DNA of 64,000 nucleotides from Eledone cirrhosa (taxonomy: Eukaryota), in assembly GCA_964016885.1 (NCBI GenBank), contig OZ024740.1:2046001-2110000 (forward strand), read 5' to 3'. Shown here one piece after another: positions 48,118 through 62,728 of this stretch; position 1 is the stretch's first letter; each line of letters begins with the position of its first letter. The position numbers and the translations under genes were made by a program. Below the pieces are notes generated by a model. It was not told the origin of the DNA. It made no database searches and saw only the letters and a list, made by a program, of their open reading frames with translations.

Positions 48118-49520
48118 ACGGTGGTGGACAGAATTCTTAAATCATTTGACAAAATGCCTTTTGGTAATTAACTACAGTACTTTATGTTCTCAGTTCAAAT
48201 CTTACCGGGCTTAACTTTCCTTTACATCCTTCCGGGGTTGAGAGGATAAAGTACCAGTCATGTACTGGGGGTTAATTTAATCAACTAATCCCTGTAAAAA
48301 ATTTGCCTGTATATCAGTTGTTGTTGATGTTCTTCTTCTTTTCCTCCTCTTCTTCTTTTCCCACTTATCCCTGAGAGGGTTATGGGGACAGAGACAGAGC
48401 CCTCAAACACTCCTTCCTGCAGGTCATGTCAGTTCTAACTTACAAAGCTACCTTTTACAAGAATTTAATGTATTCAATAGGATTCTTAGAGTTGAAAATG
48501 GAAATATTGAAATTGTAAATAACCAAAATCTGAAATAATGTTATATCCTGCAGTCCTGTTGCATAATCCACTATTTGTAGACCAATCAGAATACTACAGA
48601 TTACTGTGTGGTGGGAAGGGGGGTTAAAGTTGCCAGGGGGAGGTTGTGGTGGTGATACAAGATTCTGTAACACACATGCCTTCCTCAGGGGGTAGCTTGC
48701 CTATTTCTGTTGGATTGTAGTATCGGTAGAGTGTTGGACACCATACTTTGCCAAAGTTAACTTTGCCTTTCATCCTTACAGGGTCAATAAAATAAAGTAC
48801 CAGTAATGAACTGAGGTTGATTTAATCAACTCTCCCCTCCCCTCAAAATTGTTGATTGTGTGTCTAAATCAGAACAATTATTATTGCCATTCTGAGTTCA
48901 AATCCCGCCGAGGTTAACTTTGCCTTTCATCCTTACGGGGTCGATAAAATAAAGTACCAGTAACGTACGGGAGTCAATTTAATCGACTTTCCCCTTCCCC
49001 CAAAATTGCTGGCCTTGTGCCTATAGTAGAAATCATTATTGTTGTTGTTGTTGTTGTTAATTGTCATTGGCAAAATCATTTGAACAGTGGAAAAAAATCC
49101 CTTCAAATATATAGTTACCTCTCTTTAATTTCTGAGTTCAAATTCCCTAAAGTCAACTTTATTTTTCAACTTTCCAGAGTCAGTTTTGCCTTTCACCCAT
49201 CCAAAGTCAATAACATAATGTACGAGTCATGTCCTGGAGTCAATATAATCAACTCTACCCCTACCCCCTCTCCTTACACACAACAACTTGTAGTTTTGTG
49301 TCTATGTTAGAAATAGTTTACACACACACACACACACACTCATACCAAAAAAAACAACATTTGTCTTTGTGGAATACCAGTAATTACTTACATCTCTTTA
49401 AGTTCTGAGTTCCAATTCCACTAAAGTCAACAATACATACCAGTCAAATACTGGTGTCAAATAAATTAACCATAAACCTTCTCCTCCGTGTCTGTGTTTT
49501 ATATCTATTGTAGAAATTGT
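48118..49520 (+). mobile_element. Cluster of about 5-6 same-orientation Nin-domain SINE copies
   Basis: Recurrent ttctgagttcaaatcc...aactttgcctttcatccttacggggtcgataaaataaagtaccag (best copy 48890-49030). Confidence 0.75.
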
Positions 49521-50426
49521 TGTTGGTTTCTAACAATTGAGCTAAGGTCACGGATATTTGGAGAAGAGTCCATCACTGTCATCATTGTTATCAAGTACTA
49601 GCAGAAAACCACCCTTTGGCTGGTTTTATGCTGGCATGTGTAGTGTGTATATTGATATTATATGCAAGTATGTATATATGCATGTACATATACAACAAAT
49701 AAAATCATAATTGACAATATAAACAGAAATTGAACGAAGACTGCGTTACACTGTCTTTTGTAATCAGTAAAGTAATCCATGATACATTAAAAAAAGACGA
49801 TATTATATATAAACTGCATTAGGAGAAAATTAGTGACAGAAATATATGAATGTTTATTTAAGTGATCGCTAACCAAAATTTTAAAGAAGTGAATCTTAAA
49901 ATAAGTGACAAAATTATTTATATTTAATCAAGAATAACGAAATTTAGTAGATAAATTATGTTAATATTCATTCATTATTTCTTCAAAGTAATCCAACTTA
50001 TTTTACAAACAGGATAAAAAAAATATATTCTGGACGCAGTCCCACACTCCTTACTTTATTATAGTTTAGATTGTCTGTCCTCAGCAGGTCCAATACTATG
50101 GATGGCTCTAATGTTATCGATGGTTAACCATGGGTATGAACATGGTAGTCCAACATGGAAATGATTGTACAATTGGTAAACCACAGTATGATTTGAACTC
50201 AGAATACAAAAACAGCCAGGACCAGAACTGCAAGGAATCCCATCAGGAACTCTGATTCTACAGTCTGCTATCCTGGACAACAGATTGGATTTAGACCTTA
50301 GGAGGTCCGGGGCACTTCAGGTTTTCGCCCCCCCCCCCTTCTCATACACAAAAAATAGAATACACAGCAAACCTCCCAATTTTACATCAAAGTTAGCTTG
50401 GCGCAAGTAATTGGAATGGAAAAGTT

Positions 50427-50457
<31 letters not shown>

Positions 50458-53361
50458 GGTTTAGCGTCCGTGTTCCACACTTGCATGGGTTTGGACGGGG
50501 GTTTTCCCACTTGAGGCAAGAGTGGTTGTCTTGCTCGCATAGGACTGTCTGGCGGGTTTTCTACAGTTGGATGCCCTTCCTAACACCAACCACATTTACA
50601 GTGTGGGGCTGGGAGGTTTTTACCGTGTTGCCTACACGGCCACATTGCAGCGTGGACTGTCTGGCGGGTTTTCTACAGCTGGATGCCCTTCCTAACACCA
50701 ACCACATTTACAGTGTGGGGCTGGGAGGTTTTTATCGTGTTGCCTACACGGCCACATTTACAGCGTGGACTGTGTGTTTTTTTGTCGTGACACCTACACG
50801 ATCTCATTTGTTTCGGCCTGGATGTTGTGGGACCAACATAACTTTACATTGAAAAGGGCGGTGTGGATGGGGTGGAGGTGGTGGGACGGGGGGGTGTTTT
50901 GATAGAGATGCCTACTGACTGTAGTAGGTTTTTACTTTGTATTTAGGTAAGGCGGGTCTTCTCTATTACTGAGTACCGCCAAAGGTCTCGGTCCAGTGAC
51001 ATTGTCTTGGAGAGATGTAAGCGTGTGAGGTCGGAATTTATCAGCTCGTCCCATGTTTTTCTGGGTCTGCCTACTCCGTGGCTACCGTCTATCTTTATTG
51101 CCCTGCACTTTGTTATACAGCTGTCGTCTTTCATGCGCATCACGTGACCGTACCAACGTAGCCTTCTCTCGAGTAAACAACATCTGATCCCTCTTATTTC
51201 TAATTTTTTCCTTAGTTCGTTTATGCTTTGCCGTTCACGTATATTACTATTGCACATCCAGCGGAGCATGCAAGCTTCGTTCCTCTCTAGTCTGCGTATA
51301 TCCTCTGCACACAATGCCCAGGTCTCACTGCCATGCAGCATTGCTGTTCGTATGCAGGCATCGTATAACCTGCCTTTCATTTTTAGGGAGAACCCTCTAG
51401 CGGCTAATAGTGGTATAAGCTCTCTGAACTTTTTCCATCCAGTTCTGACTCTAGCTACTGTACTTTCAGAGCACCCTCCCCCACTGCTGATTTTGTCACC
51501 CAGGTAACGGAAGCTGTCCACTATTTCTATAGAACCCTCTGTGCAGTTGAAGGAGCTAGTATTTTGTGGGCACTTGCTGCTACTTATTGCACCAGAGCAC
51601 CGGCCACATGTAAAATCTATGTTCTTAGTTAGCTTACCTGTGATCCCACTACATCTTTTATGCACCCATACTTTGCATTTGGGACATAAAGTGGAGTTTC
51701 TACCTACGCCTTTCCTACACACTGAGCATGGCCATTTCCCAGATGGGACTGCCGCCTTATTTTCTTTCCTACAAACTAGAACTTTAGTCTTAGCCAGGTT
51801 AATTTTAAGGCCTTTTGATTCTAGGCCGTGCTTCCATGTTTGGAATTTCTTCTCTAGTTCGGTCATTGATTCAGCTATGAGCGTTAGATCATCTGCGTAT
51901 AGGAGTTCCCATGGGCAGCCGGTCTTGAACTCCTCCGTTATAGCCTGAAGGGCAATAATAAATAGTAGGGGGCTAAGAACAGAGCCCTGATGGACACCAA
52001 CTTTTACGCTAAACTCTTCACTATATTCGTTGTTAATTCTAACCTTACTGACTGTTTCTTTATACATGGCTTGTATAGCTCTCACAAGCCATTCGTCAAC
52101 ACCTAGTTTTCTAAGAGACCACGAGATAATGGAACGGGGGACTCTGTCGAAGGCTTTCTCCAAGTCGACGAAAGCTAAGTATAGGGGTTTACTTTTAGCT
52201 AGGTACTTCTCCTGTAGTTGTCGTACAATGAAAAGAGCGTCTGTGGTACTTTTGCCTGACACAAATCCGAACTGCATTTCATCTAGATCAATTCTCTCTC
52301 TGATTAGTTGCGCTATTACTTTTTCCGTGACCTTCATGACCTGGTCGATTAATTTAATGCCTCTATAGTTACTCCTATCTAGGGCATCTCCTTTTCCCTT
52401 ATAGCAGTTAACGATGATGCTGCTACGCCAGTCCTTCGGAACAACCCCATTCTGTACGACTTGGTTAACTATCCGGGTGACCATGGTGTGTCCCACCGAA
52501 CCAGATGCCTTCAGCATCTCAGCAACTATTTCCGAAGGACCAGCCGCCTTACCCGTCTTCATATCTTTGATTGCCTTGCTTATTGTACTACCCTGGACTA
52601 ACACTGCTGGTCCCTCTATTGGGTCGATGTGGGGGAGACTGTCTTTCTCCCATTTGTTCTCCTCATTTAGAAGCCTTTCGTAGTGACACTTCCAAGCTAC
52701 CTTCTTATCAGCGTCGGTGATGGCAAGTATGCCATCATCGTTAAGTACACACTTCTCCCCGACAATATCACGGTTTTCCTTGACACATTGCCTGGCAATC
52801 CTGAACACCTCACGTTTTTGGTCCTCACGTTGTAGAACATGCTTGAACTTTCTTTCCTCTGCTTCCCTTCTTGCGAAGTACACTTGTCTCCTAGCTTCCC
52901 TCCTGGCCACTTGATAGTCTTCTCTACTTCCCCCATCCCGCCATGCTTTCCAAGCCTGCTTTTTGGCCTTAATTGACTCCTCCACCTTACTGTTCCACCA
53001 CCATGTTACTCTCCTCCTACCTACAGGCCTGCTCCAGCCACAGACTTCGTCTGCCACCGTCAGCAGGTTTGCTCTCAGGAATTCCCACTGTTCCTCTTAT
53101 ATTATATGACTCTAATTGCTCTTCCTTACTGTCGAAAGCGTCAAGTAATATGCTTTGAAATTTATTTCTGGCTATGGGGTCCTTTAGCTTCCATATTTTT
53201 CTCCTGAGGATAGTCCTCTTCCGCTGTCTAGTACGTCTCGTCCTGACTATGAGGTCGCTAATTATCAGTCTATGTTGGGAGGTGAATTCTTCATGGGGGA
53301 GGGATTTAGTGTTAACAACAGACACTCTGTCACGTCTTCTGGTAAGGATATAATCTACCTG
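50427..53361 (-). mobile_element. 5'-truncated RTE LINE (family A) with 704-aa open RT region
   Basis: ORF 50943-53057, (GAT)n tail, and a 112-bp UTR duplication at 50542-50766. Confidence 0.95.
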
Positions 53362-53699
53362 ATTATACATACAGGTATTATACATACAGGTATTAAATTC
53401 AGACATTCTAACCATCCTAAAACTAAAAAGCCCAGTAGAGGGCACAAATAAATTGGTACGGCCATTACTAGTGCCCCCCCCCCCCCCCCCCCCCACACAC
53501 AGTGCAGATTGGTTGGGGCAATTGTCCCCTTGTCCCCATTAAATCCATCCCTGAGAACCAGAGGTGGTTTCATGTAGTTTGGTATCAATAATGTTAATGA
53601 CATTGTAAGTGATGTGACACTTTCAATAGTGAAATCAGAAAGAACACATCAACCACTGTTTGGTGACATATTTCCACAATATCGTGTCACTTTAGAAGT

Positions 53700-54600
53700 A
53701 ATAATTGTTTCTAATGTATACATAAGACCAGTAATTTAGGAGAGGGGTTAAGTCTTTTAAATCAACCCTTATACATGACTGCTACTTTATTTCATTAACC
53801 CCAAAATTATGAAAAGCAAAATGATTTTCAAGACCCCACGGAAATCAACGTTGCCTTTCATCCTTCTGGGGTCAATAAAATAATCATCATCATCATCGTT
53901 TAACGTCAATCTTCCACGTTAGCATGGGTTTAGACAGGAATTGTCCTACTTGAGGCAAGATTGGTCAGGTGACCGTGTCTTGCTCATATAGGACTGTCTG
54001 GCAGGTTTTCTACGGCTGGATGCCCTTCCTAACACCAACCACATTTACAGTGTGGACTGGGAACTTTTTAGCATGTTACCTACATGGCCACATTACAGCG
54101 TGGACTGTTTTTTTGTCGTGACACCTACACAACCTCATTAGTTTGGACTGGATGTTTTGGTATCAACATAACTTTATGGAGAAGGGGAGGTGTTGGTGGG
54201 AGTGGGAGGATGGGGCAGTGGGTTGGGTGTATATTTGGTTAATGATAATTGTTTCTACTTTTGCCACAAGGCCAGCAATTAACCAGTATATTACTGGTAC
54301 TTTATTTTATCGAACTCATAAGGATGAAAGGCAAAGTTAACCTCGCCGGGATTTGAACTCAATAATAATGTTAATAATAATGGTTTCTGATTTAGGCACT
54401 AGGCCAACAATTTGGGGGTTGGGTGGGGAAAGTCGATTAAATCAACGCCAGTGCATGACTGGTACTTTATTTTATCAACCCCCGTAAGAATGAAAGGCAA
54501 AGCTAACCTCGGCAGGATTTTAACTCAAAACGTAAAGGGCTGTAATTCAATGCCACAAAGCATGTTGTCCGACGCTCTACCGATTCTGCCAATCTACTAC
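53700..54600 (-). mobile_element. Nin-domain SINE fragments and an RTE 3' end (53884-54230)
   Basis: actggtactttattttatc..ccc....gaatgaaaggcaaag at 54290-54360 and 54455-54530. (cat)n cgtttaacgtc at 53884. Confidence 0.75.
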
Positions 54601-56057
54601 CCTTTATTGGCCGTAAGGGTGCAGGACATTGAGGACAATACAAGGACTAAGGCAACACAATGTTGATGATAATTACAAGAAATTCAGAAATGTTTTCATT
54701 TTTTTTTTTTTTTTTTTTTTTAATTTTTAATGATTTGTAAAAGAAATTTTTTTAAAATTATCCACATTTTATACTGAAATATTTTGATTGTTTTAATTAA
54801 TTGTGTTTATATATTTTTTCCTTTTTGTAACTAATCTTGTAATATTTTTGTTCCATTCTTGTGTTATGTGAACTCTGCAGAGGTTTCAATTAACCATCAA
54901 ATATTTAACATCAAAACAGAATCTTCTAAAAAAAATCACTCAATAATTCTTGTTATATTATTAACTCCATGTTAAAAATATTTTCTATATTTCATCCAAG
55001 AATTTTCTATTATAACAATATATAATATCTATCATTATAATATATATATATAATTGTATTTATAATAATTTCAAAGAAATTTATAGAAATATCCAGATAT
55101 TGAATTTTTTTTTTTTTTAACATTAAAATTATATCAAAAATGTTTTTTTTTTATATATATATATATATATATAATTTATTTTTATTTATAAAACTAAACA
55201 AAAATCTCGCTTTCAAAAAATATTTTGTCCATGATATTTGGAAATTCTTTTTTTTTTTTTTTTTTTCATATTTTGTCTCAAAAGTTTTTATAGAATTCAG
55301 TTAGTTTCCAGCAGTTACATTGTAGTTAATTGACAGCCATGTTTGGTCGTCCAGACCAATTTACCACCTTATCAACTATAAAATAAATTGATGGCCTGAA
55401 AGAAACTTAATACAATATGTCTGGGTCACTGTAACATTTTACCTCTTGTTATTTGTCTTTTCCTGTATTTATTCTTGGCACTGCTCTATGGTTATTTAAC
55501 CAGCACTCTTTAATATGTCTGTCTCAATGGGAAATAGCTACATTAGTGTTAGTAGTGGCGATGGTGAAAGGAAAATAAAAATCCTCTGGCTCACAATATA
55601 ATTTCTTCTCATCTTGTCTATATTTAATTCTTTGCATTCCAAAAGTGAAATCTGGTGAAAATCTTCCTAAGTAATTACAATCGTAAAGGAATTTATTGTT
55701 CTCACAATAAATTGTTCTTTTCTTTTAATCTTCTCTCTCTCTCCATCTCTCTTTCTCCCTTCTCCCTCCATCTCTGTCTCCCCCTTCTCTCTCCATTTCT
55801 CTCTCCACTCTCTTTCTTCTATTCTTTCATTCATTTGTATGTTTGGTGGTGAAATATTGCCTCTCTTCTCTTATCCGTTTCATTAAATCCTCTACAATAA
55901 GGATAGAAAGAAAAAACAAAAGCAAAACATTTGACTTCCAAAATATAGGTAGAGAGAGTGACATGTTTATGTAGCTGTATGGAGCTATTGTCTATACACC
56001 ATACATGAGTGTGTACAATATACTTGTATAAATTACATGTATGTATAATATTAATAA

Positions 56058-56208
56058 CGCAGAGAATTGGCAGAGTTGTTAAGATGTCAGAATCCTTTAC
56101 GGTATTTGTTCCACCTCGTCTGTTCTGAGTTCAAATGCTGCCAAGGTCAACTTTGCCTTTCATCCTTTCAAGGATAATAAAAAAGTACCAGTCCAGTACT
56201 GGGGTAGA
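56058..56208 (+). mobile_element. Nin-domain SINE
   Basis: ttctgagttcaaatgctgccaaggtcaactttgcctttcatcctttcaaggataataaaaaagtaccagt. Confidence 0.7.
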
Positions 56209-56670
56209 TTCTTCCTCTGTAGAAAAACTCAGCTGTGTTCAGACCTGGAGCGGGCTGGGCTCCGCCAGGTTTAAAAGTGCCCTAGACACACCATACGACA
56301 GTGCCTCTATCACTCCACAAGGAGTTATGGGATCTTTATCCTATAATACAGATATATCTGAAATATTACAGCTTTTATTTATTTCATCAAATCCATGACA
56401 GTAAAATAAAAGTAAAATTGACTTCTCATATATAAGTATGTTTGTGTCTATGTCTGAGAGTACAACAAACTTGAAACTTGTACACATTCGATGTATGTAT
56501 AGTCCCTGCATATATATACATATATATATATGTATGTATATTACCATGCTTTTAAAAGACATTTTATAGAATTCATGCACATACATTGATATGTCTGCAG
56601 GGATTTCACCAGCAACGGAAGTTTTGTCACTGCTACAAAAGTGTTGTGAAATATTATTCTTTATTTTTAG

Positions 56671-57150
56671 CTCAGACAGTGGTGTACTCAAATGGACAAT
56701 GGCCACATTCCTGCAGGTCTCCAAGATATGTTCATCGCTCGTTCTTCAACATCCAAGTCAAACAGTTCAGAATACAAAGCTGTCCACAGTCACAGTAATT
56801 TACAGACACCAATGACTGCACCTTGTGTTTCAGGGCCACCAAATAGGAACATGTCTCCCCTAAATCACACTGTATCTATACCTGATGACTTTCAAATTGC
56901 CCAAATGGTAATCCCCTCCCAGGAAGAGGTTAATTATTTAAAAGCCGAAACATACCACAATATGCAGTGTCCACCTGCATCATATGCCAGTCCTAACTGC
57001 CTTATGCCAGCCATTCCATGTACACCAGATTATTGCACCAACAGCCATAACCAACCTTTTAATAAACATATGTACTGTAACCAACAAATGCATTTCCCTG
57101 TTCAAGACTTCAAATACCCATCGTTGCTTTCAACACATTTGGAACAATGA
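56671..57150 (+). CDS. CREBL2: Terminal coding exon of a CREBL2/REPTOR-BP-like bZIP protein
   Basis: ttctttatttttag acceptor, phase 0. LRQWCTQMDNGHIPAGLQDMF resembles, from recall, human CREBL2 YKQWCMAMDQGKIPSEIKALL directly after the bZIP. Open to TGA at 57150. Confidence 0.72.
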   Translation, partial: LRQWCTQMDNGHIPAGLQDMFIARSSTSKSNSSEYKAVHSHSNLQTPMTAPCVSGPPNRNMSPLNHTVSIPDDFQIAQMVIPSQEEVNYLKAETYHNMQCPPASYASPNCLMPAIPCTPDYCTNSHNQPFNKHMYCNQQMHFPVQDFKYPSLLSTHLEQ

Positions 57151-58811
57151 GTTTTACAAAAAGTTTCTTTTTACATTTACAAATACTCAGATTGAGTCAA
57201 TGTGTATAATGTAAACTTCATATCTTTGTGCCTTTAATGTGTGTATGTATGGATACACACACACATACCTGCACACCTACATACATCACATGCTGCATGT
57301 AATAACTACATGTACAGATATAAAATATATGCACATGCACACATAAAATATATGCACATGCACACATATAACTTAAAACATACACATCCACACATACAAT
57401 AACATCCATATCTACACATGCAGGCATACAGACATATCTACCTAGTTGATGCTGTGTAAATTCCAATGAGAGAGTCTTGTGTCAATGTTAGAACCCGAGT
57501 CTCTCTCTCTCTCTGTAAATTATAAAACCAGAATGCACACACACACACACACACATACATACATACATACATACATACATACATACATACATACATACAT
57601 ACATACATACATACATACATACATACATACTGTATGGATGGATGGATGGATGGATTTTATGCATTTGAAAAAGCAAACAAAGGAAGTATCCCACAAATTT
57701 GATAAAATTCTATTTATTTCATAAACACATTTCATGCCATATTTTATAAAATATTTATTCACAGTAAAATAATTATTTTTCCTTTTTTTAAAAAACAACA
57801 ATAATATTTTGATAAGAAAACAAAAACACAAAGATTTAATTTTTTTTGTTTTCATAAAGTGGAAAAAAGAAAAGAGATTTGGATCCAGAATACACAGTAC
57901 AGATCTTGTTAAAATCATGAACATTGGGAATTATGGAAGATTCTCTTATTGGAATTTTATTGGCATTTTATATCCAAATATGGAAGAAATATTTGTACTG
58001 ACCCCCCCCCCCCCCCCCAAAGACTTGAATTTTTTCAATTTTCTTTTTATTTATTATATTTATTTTTTTCTTCTTCAGTATCCAGGTGAACTAAATCATA
58101 ATAATCCCTTTTAATTCTGATGAAGTCAGTCCTTAATTTATATTGGAAATAATCTTAAATCAATAATTGCCAGCTTACTAAACTGTTGCAGAGGATTACA
58201 AGAGTTTTATTTTCTAGGATGCTAAATATTTTTTTGTGAACCTTAATTCTTGATGGAACTACATTATCTATCTGGCATGAACATATTACCAGCCTGACAA
58301 AGGCCATTCTACACATCTGGTGGGAATGGTCCCCTCAAACTCACTCATTGTTTTGTCTCTATTTATTATTATTTTTTTTTTTTGTTATCTCTTTTGTCAT
58401 CTCTTTTGTCTCTTATGGAAGAAAAAGAAAGCCTGTCTTTTGACTACATCAGAAATCCCATCATGGGGTTGATCATTCAGAGCTTATACGTGGAACTTTG
58501 TAACAGAATTACAGGCAAAGGTGAAGAATTCCAGTCCCTATTTTGTTTAACATAATCAAAATCTTGCAGCCTCTTAGTGTTGTTAATCAACATTACTAGA
58601 GCTTCCACATTTCTCTCAGAAAGCTTCTTGATTTACTCACAGTTTGTTCCATGCGTCATTCTTTTAAATCAAAATCTTATACGCACTAAGTTAGGATTTG
58701 GATTACTGGTATGTTGCAGTTCAAGAAAGAGACTTTCAACATAGAAATATCTTATAAGTTCACACACCTTATAAGTCATTACATATAGTAACTAGAGAGT
58801 TACTAGAGAGC

Positions 58812-58952
58812 AGATTGCTTGCATCTAAGGTTGCTTGCAGATTGCTTGCATCTAAGGTTGCTTGAAGATTGTTTGCATCTAAGGTTGCTTAAAGATTGCT
58901 TGCATCTAAGGTTGCTTGCATCTAAGCTTACTTGCAGATTGCTTGTATCTAA
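58812..58952. repeat. 27-bp tandem repeat
   Basis: agattgcttgcatctaaggttgcttgc, about 5 copies. Confidence 0.85.
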
Positions 58953-60030
58953 CATTGCTAACAAATTCAGAATCACTGAAAAAAACAAGGCCTTATCTAA
59001 CTTTTCTTTTTTAATGTTATTTTGAAATATTAAATAGAATTAAACTTTGCAAATTAATCAATTTCAAAAAAAATGTTGCAATGCGTGACGAGCAATTTTC
59101 TATTTTCTTTTTCTATTCTAAATCTTAGGCGGTAGACTTAATCTGTTGCTTGGTTTTGCCCCCTCCCACCACATGATTCCTGTGTGTCTTTAACAGAACC
59201 CACTCTCTTGCAAGCATTTAGACCAGATCTCTGGTTTGAGGAAAGTTTCCTATCTACCCACAAGTCTCAGAGGCCCTAAAAAGGGTCGTGAGCATTCCAC
59301 TCATTTCTGACTAAACAGTAAAAATTAAAAATTCTAAATTATTGTTATATCTGATAAAATATCATTATCAAAAATATGATTTCTTAACTCTACCAATCAG
59401 TTTGCTGACTAATGTATTTTGTTTAGTCTTGTTATCAAAACAAGACATTAATAAGAAAGGACGAGTGAATTCCATGTCTGTAAATCACACACACAATTCA
59501 CATTGTCTTGGGTAACTAACTTACACAAGAATTTTTATAATTTATTTTTGTAAACCTTCATCCTACAACCCACAACCATCTCTAAAGTAAAGACACCAGT
59601 TTCTCACACAAAACTGTTAAACAAATAACAATGTGATATTTCTTAATTTTTTAAAAATATATTATAAAGTTTGTCAATGAAATTTTTTGTTCCAAAGTGC
59701 TGTCTTAATTAAAGACAAATTATAAAAACACACAAAATAAAAATGAATTAAAGAATTTAATAAAAAATAAAATAACATTTTTGTAAAAAAAGAAATTTAA
59801 AAAAATGTTATTCGATATGTAAAATAATATAAGATATCTTTGATAAAATATTATTTAATATCAATGATTGATTATCTGAAATCAAAACTAATATATATGC
59901 ATGTATGTATATGTTTGTATATATATGTATATATGTATGTGCATATATAAGAATTATTTGAAAATTTTTATTTTATCTTCTCTTGAGTAAATCAAAGGAG
60001 TGTATATATATATATATACATACAAACACA

Positions 60031-60074
<44 letters not shown>

Positions 60075-60361
60075 ATTAAAGGCATTGGAGGGGTTGTGAA
60101 GGCCATGGGTTTAACCTCTTCCTCCAGTCCTAGCAAATACAAAAATGTTATGGTAAGTGTTGTTGGACAGTTCAATGTCTCAGAGTGACTAGCAGTCTCC
60201 GCTTTGTCAGAAATATTTGCATTGTCACCAGATTCCTCCCAAGATGGAACCAAATGTCACTGCAAAGCATTGAACCTTCCAATATTTATAACAAAAATAT
60301 TCTCCTCCACAAATATATTGAGCTCTCTCTTCCTTAGAAGTAGATTTTCCCACATCCAACG

Positions 60362-60392
<31 letters not shown>

Positions 60393-61032
60393 GTGTGTGT
60401 GTATGTCTATATATGTATGTTCTCTTCCTTCTCTTTTAATTCCTTAAATTCTTCCTTTAAAGTAACGGCTGCTTTTCAACAAAGGTAAAAAAATTCATTT
60501 ATTGGAATTTAGGTAACAACAATGGTAAAGAGTTACATGCTGAATTTTAGAGAAGTCTTGCATATTTTCACTGTTACTCTTACAGACTAAATTTGAGATG
60601 GTTAGTGATCAAATGGAAACAACATATGTCTGAGGGTATGTCCTGAAAAAGAATCGGCTCTGTCAGGTTTAAATGCCCAAGGCAAGCTGCTGTAGGCCAT
60701 AATGGTATTCCTATGATTTTTAAGAGTTGAAGAAAGAAGTGTATGCATATATGTACAAGACAAAGGGTTTGTAAATGTATCTATATGTGAGTGTGTATGA
60801 AAGAGCGAGGGGGTGGGGATTGTTCATGTGTCTAACTTAAATGTTCTAAAAAATGTAGTAAGCATGATACACCTGACCATTATTAAAATAAACTTTTATT
60901 TTTTCTTTTCATTTTTGCATGTTTGTTAACCCTTCTGAGTCCCCAATCCAATGACCCAGTACTCAACATGGGGCTCTAAACATTAGCCAATATATTCCAA
61001 ACCCATGCAAGCATGGAAGATGGACGTTAAAC

Positions 61033-61063
<31 letters not shown>

Positions 61064-61081
61064 CTTTCTATTTTCATCAGG

Positions 61082-61265
61082 GAAAATGGTACAAGAACTG
61101 TGCAAACATGGTTCTATAGTCAGGAAGTTCACTTCACAGTTGTGTGGTTTTAGGTTCAATCCCACTGCACAGTACCTTGGCCAAGTGACTTCTAGCATAT
61201 CCATGAGTTGACCCAAGTCTTCAGAGAGAAATTTGATAGATAGAAACTATGTGGAAGCCTGTCAA
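61082..61265 (+). mobile_element. Degenerate tRNA-CORE SINE preceded by an RTE 3' tip (60996-61062)
   Basis: ggttcaatccc B box and accttggccaagtgactt CORE. Confidence 0.6.
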
Positions 61266-61680
61266 AGGGATGTTCCTATTCTTGGGTAATAGTCATAATC
61301 CATTGCCTGGTTTAACACCTACCCTCATCTCTCCCTCTCTTTTAAATCATTGTTTCATAATAGAACAAAATTTAATTTTTATGTCCCTTCATCTTTCTCT
61401 CACCTATTTATTTATTTGTTTTTAAATATCTAAAATATACACACCAATATATTCATGTATATTGACTAATACACACACAAGCTGATACACATAGATATCA
61501 CACACAATCATGTATATTATTTAAGTAGAGAGAGCTCAATACAAACGTTCACAAGCCCTCACACACACTCTCACACACACACACACATACACATATATAT
61601 ATTTATGCCCAGAAAAATATAATACAAGTACCTATATATATATATATATTTACATTCATATATTTGTACATAGCACAAAT

Positions 61681-61719
<39 letters not shown>

Positions 61720-62264
61720 AACATTTTGTATCAATTTTGTAAATAAATAATCTATATTTTGCTTCAAATCTGACGTTTGTTTCTGACAATTGACCAAAGA
61801 TGTCTCTTGTTATCAACAACAATGTGGTTCATATTATTGAATGTGATAGAATTCTACCAAAATGCAATAACTACCTCCTAACAATTGTACATATTCTTGA
61901 TTACACAAATTTCCCACCTTCGTCCCCTTCACTCCACCCCACACACACAAATTCTTTGAAACAAAAGAACAACTAAAAGATAACATAACTTTCTCACCCC
62001 ACAAAAAAAAATTGGATAAAACTCAAAGAATTAATTATACAAAAGGAAATATTACACAAAACAAACTTACAGGGTTTATAAATTAAAGTACCAGTAATGC
62101 ACTGGGATAATTGCTGGCCTTCTGCCAAAAGTAGAAACAATTATTATACCAAAAGACACAAAGTGGAACAAATATCTCCCATGAACTAATAGGTTAAAAA
62201 TATTTATAAAATACCCAAATTAATTAATAATTAGAAATGTGTTGTAATCTTCTTAATGCCGAAT

Positions 62265-62635
62265 AAATAGAAAACAGTGTCATAGAGGCTATAGCAATGC
62301 AAATCAAACATTACGTATCAATAATTGCAATAACAATGATATTGAAAATTGGCTTTAAAATTTTTTTATTGTTCTTGGTATATTTCAGGTGAAGTTCCTA
62401 TTTTCAGATATGTGAAGAAAACACAACATTCAGGAAAACATCACAATGGATGTACATTAATTATATCTTTCTTGAGTTATTTTAACACTTTAGAAATAGA
62501 TTATTTCACCTGAAATATACCAGAAACAAATGTTTCTAAGGTTATATATTTGATAACTTTGTTATTGAAATTTGTTTATATTTAATATTCAATATGCATT
62601 ACTCTAACCTACTATAAAAACACTGCTTTCTAATT
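62265..62635. repeat. Old imperfect inverted repeat (MITE/foldback-like)
   Basis: Core tggtatatttcaggtgaa / ttcacctgaaatatacca, extending to tagaaaacagtgt / acactgctttcta. Confidence 0.7.
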
Positions 62636-62728
62636 AGTAACTATATATTTTTTATATATAAAAATTAAATAGATGAGGAAGCAACATAATTCCCTTAGTT
62701 AGGAGTGGCTTGAGGGGTGTAACTTGGT

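Noticed and set aside
50059-50280. Possible exon of the minus-strand gene
   Set aside because: It contains ttctgagttcaaat SINE-head sequence and has no recognisable protein motif.
59954-60270. Possible minus-strand exon
   Set aside because: There is a stop directly after the candidate acceptor in the long frame, no donor, and it runs into (TG)n. Likely a repeat remnant.
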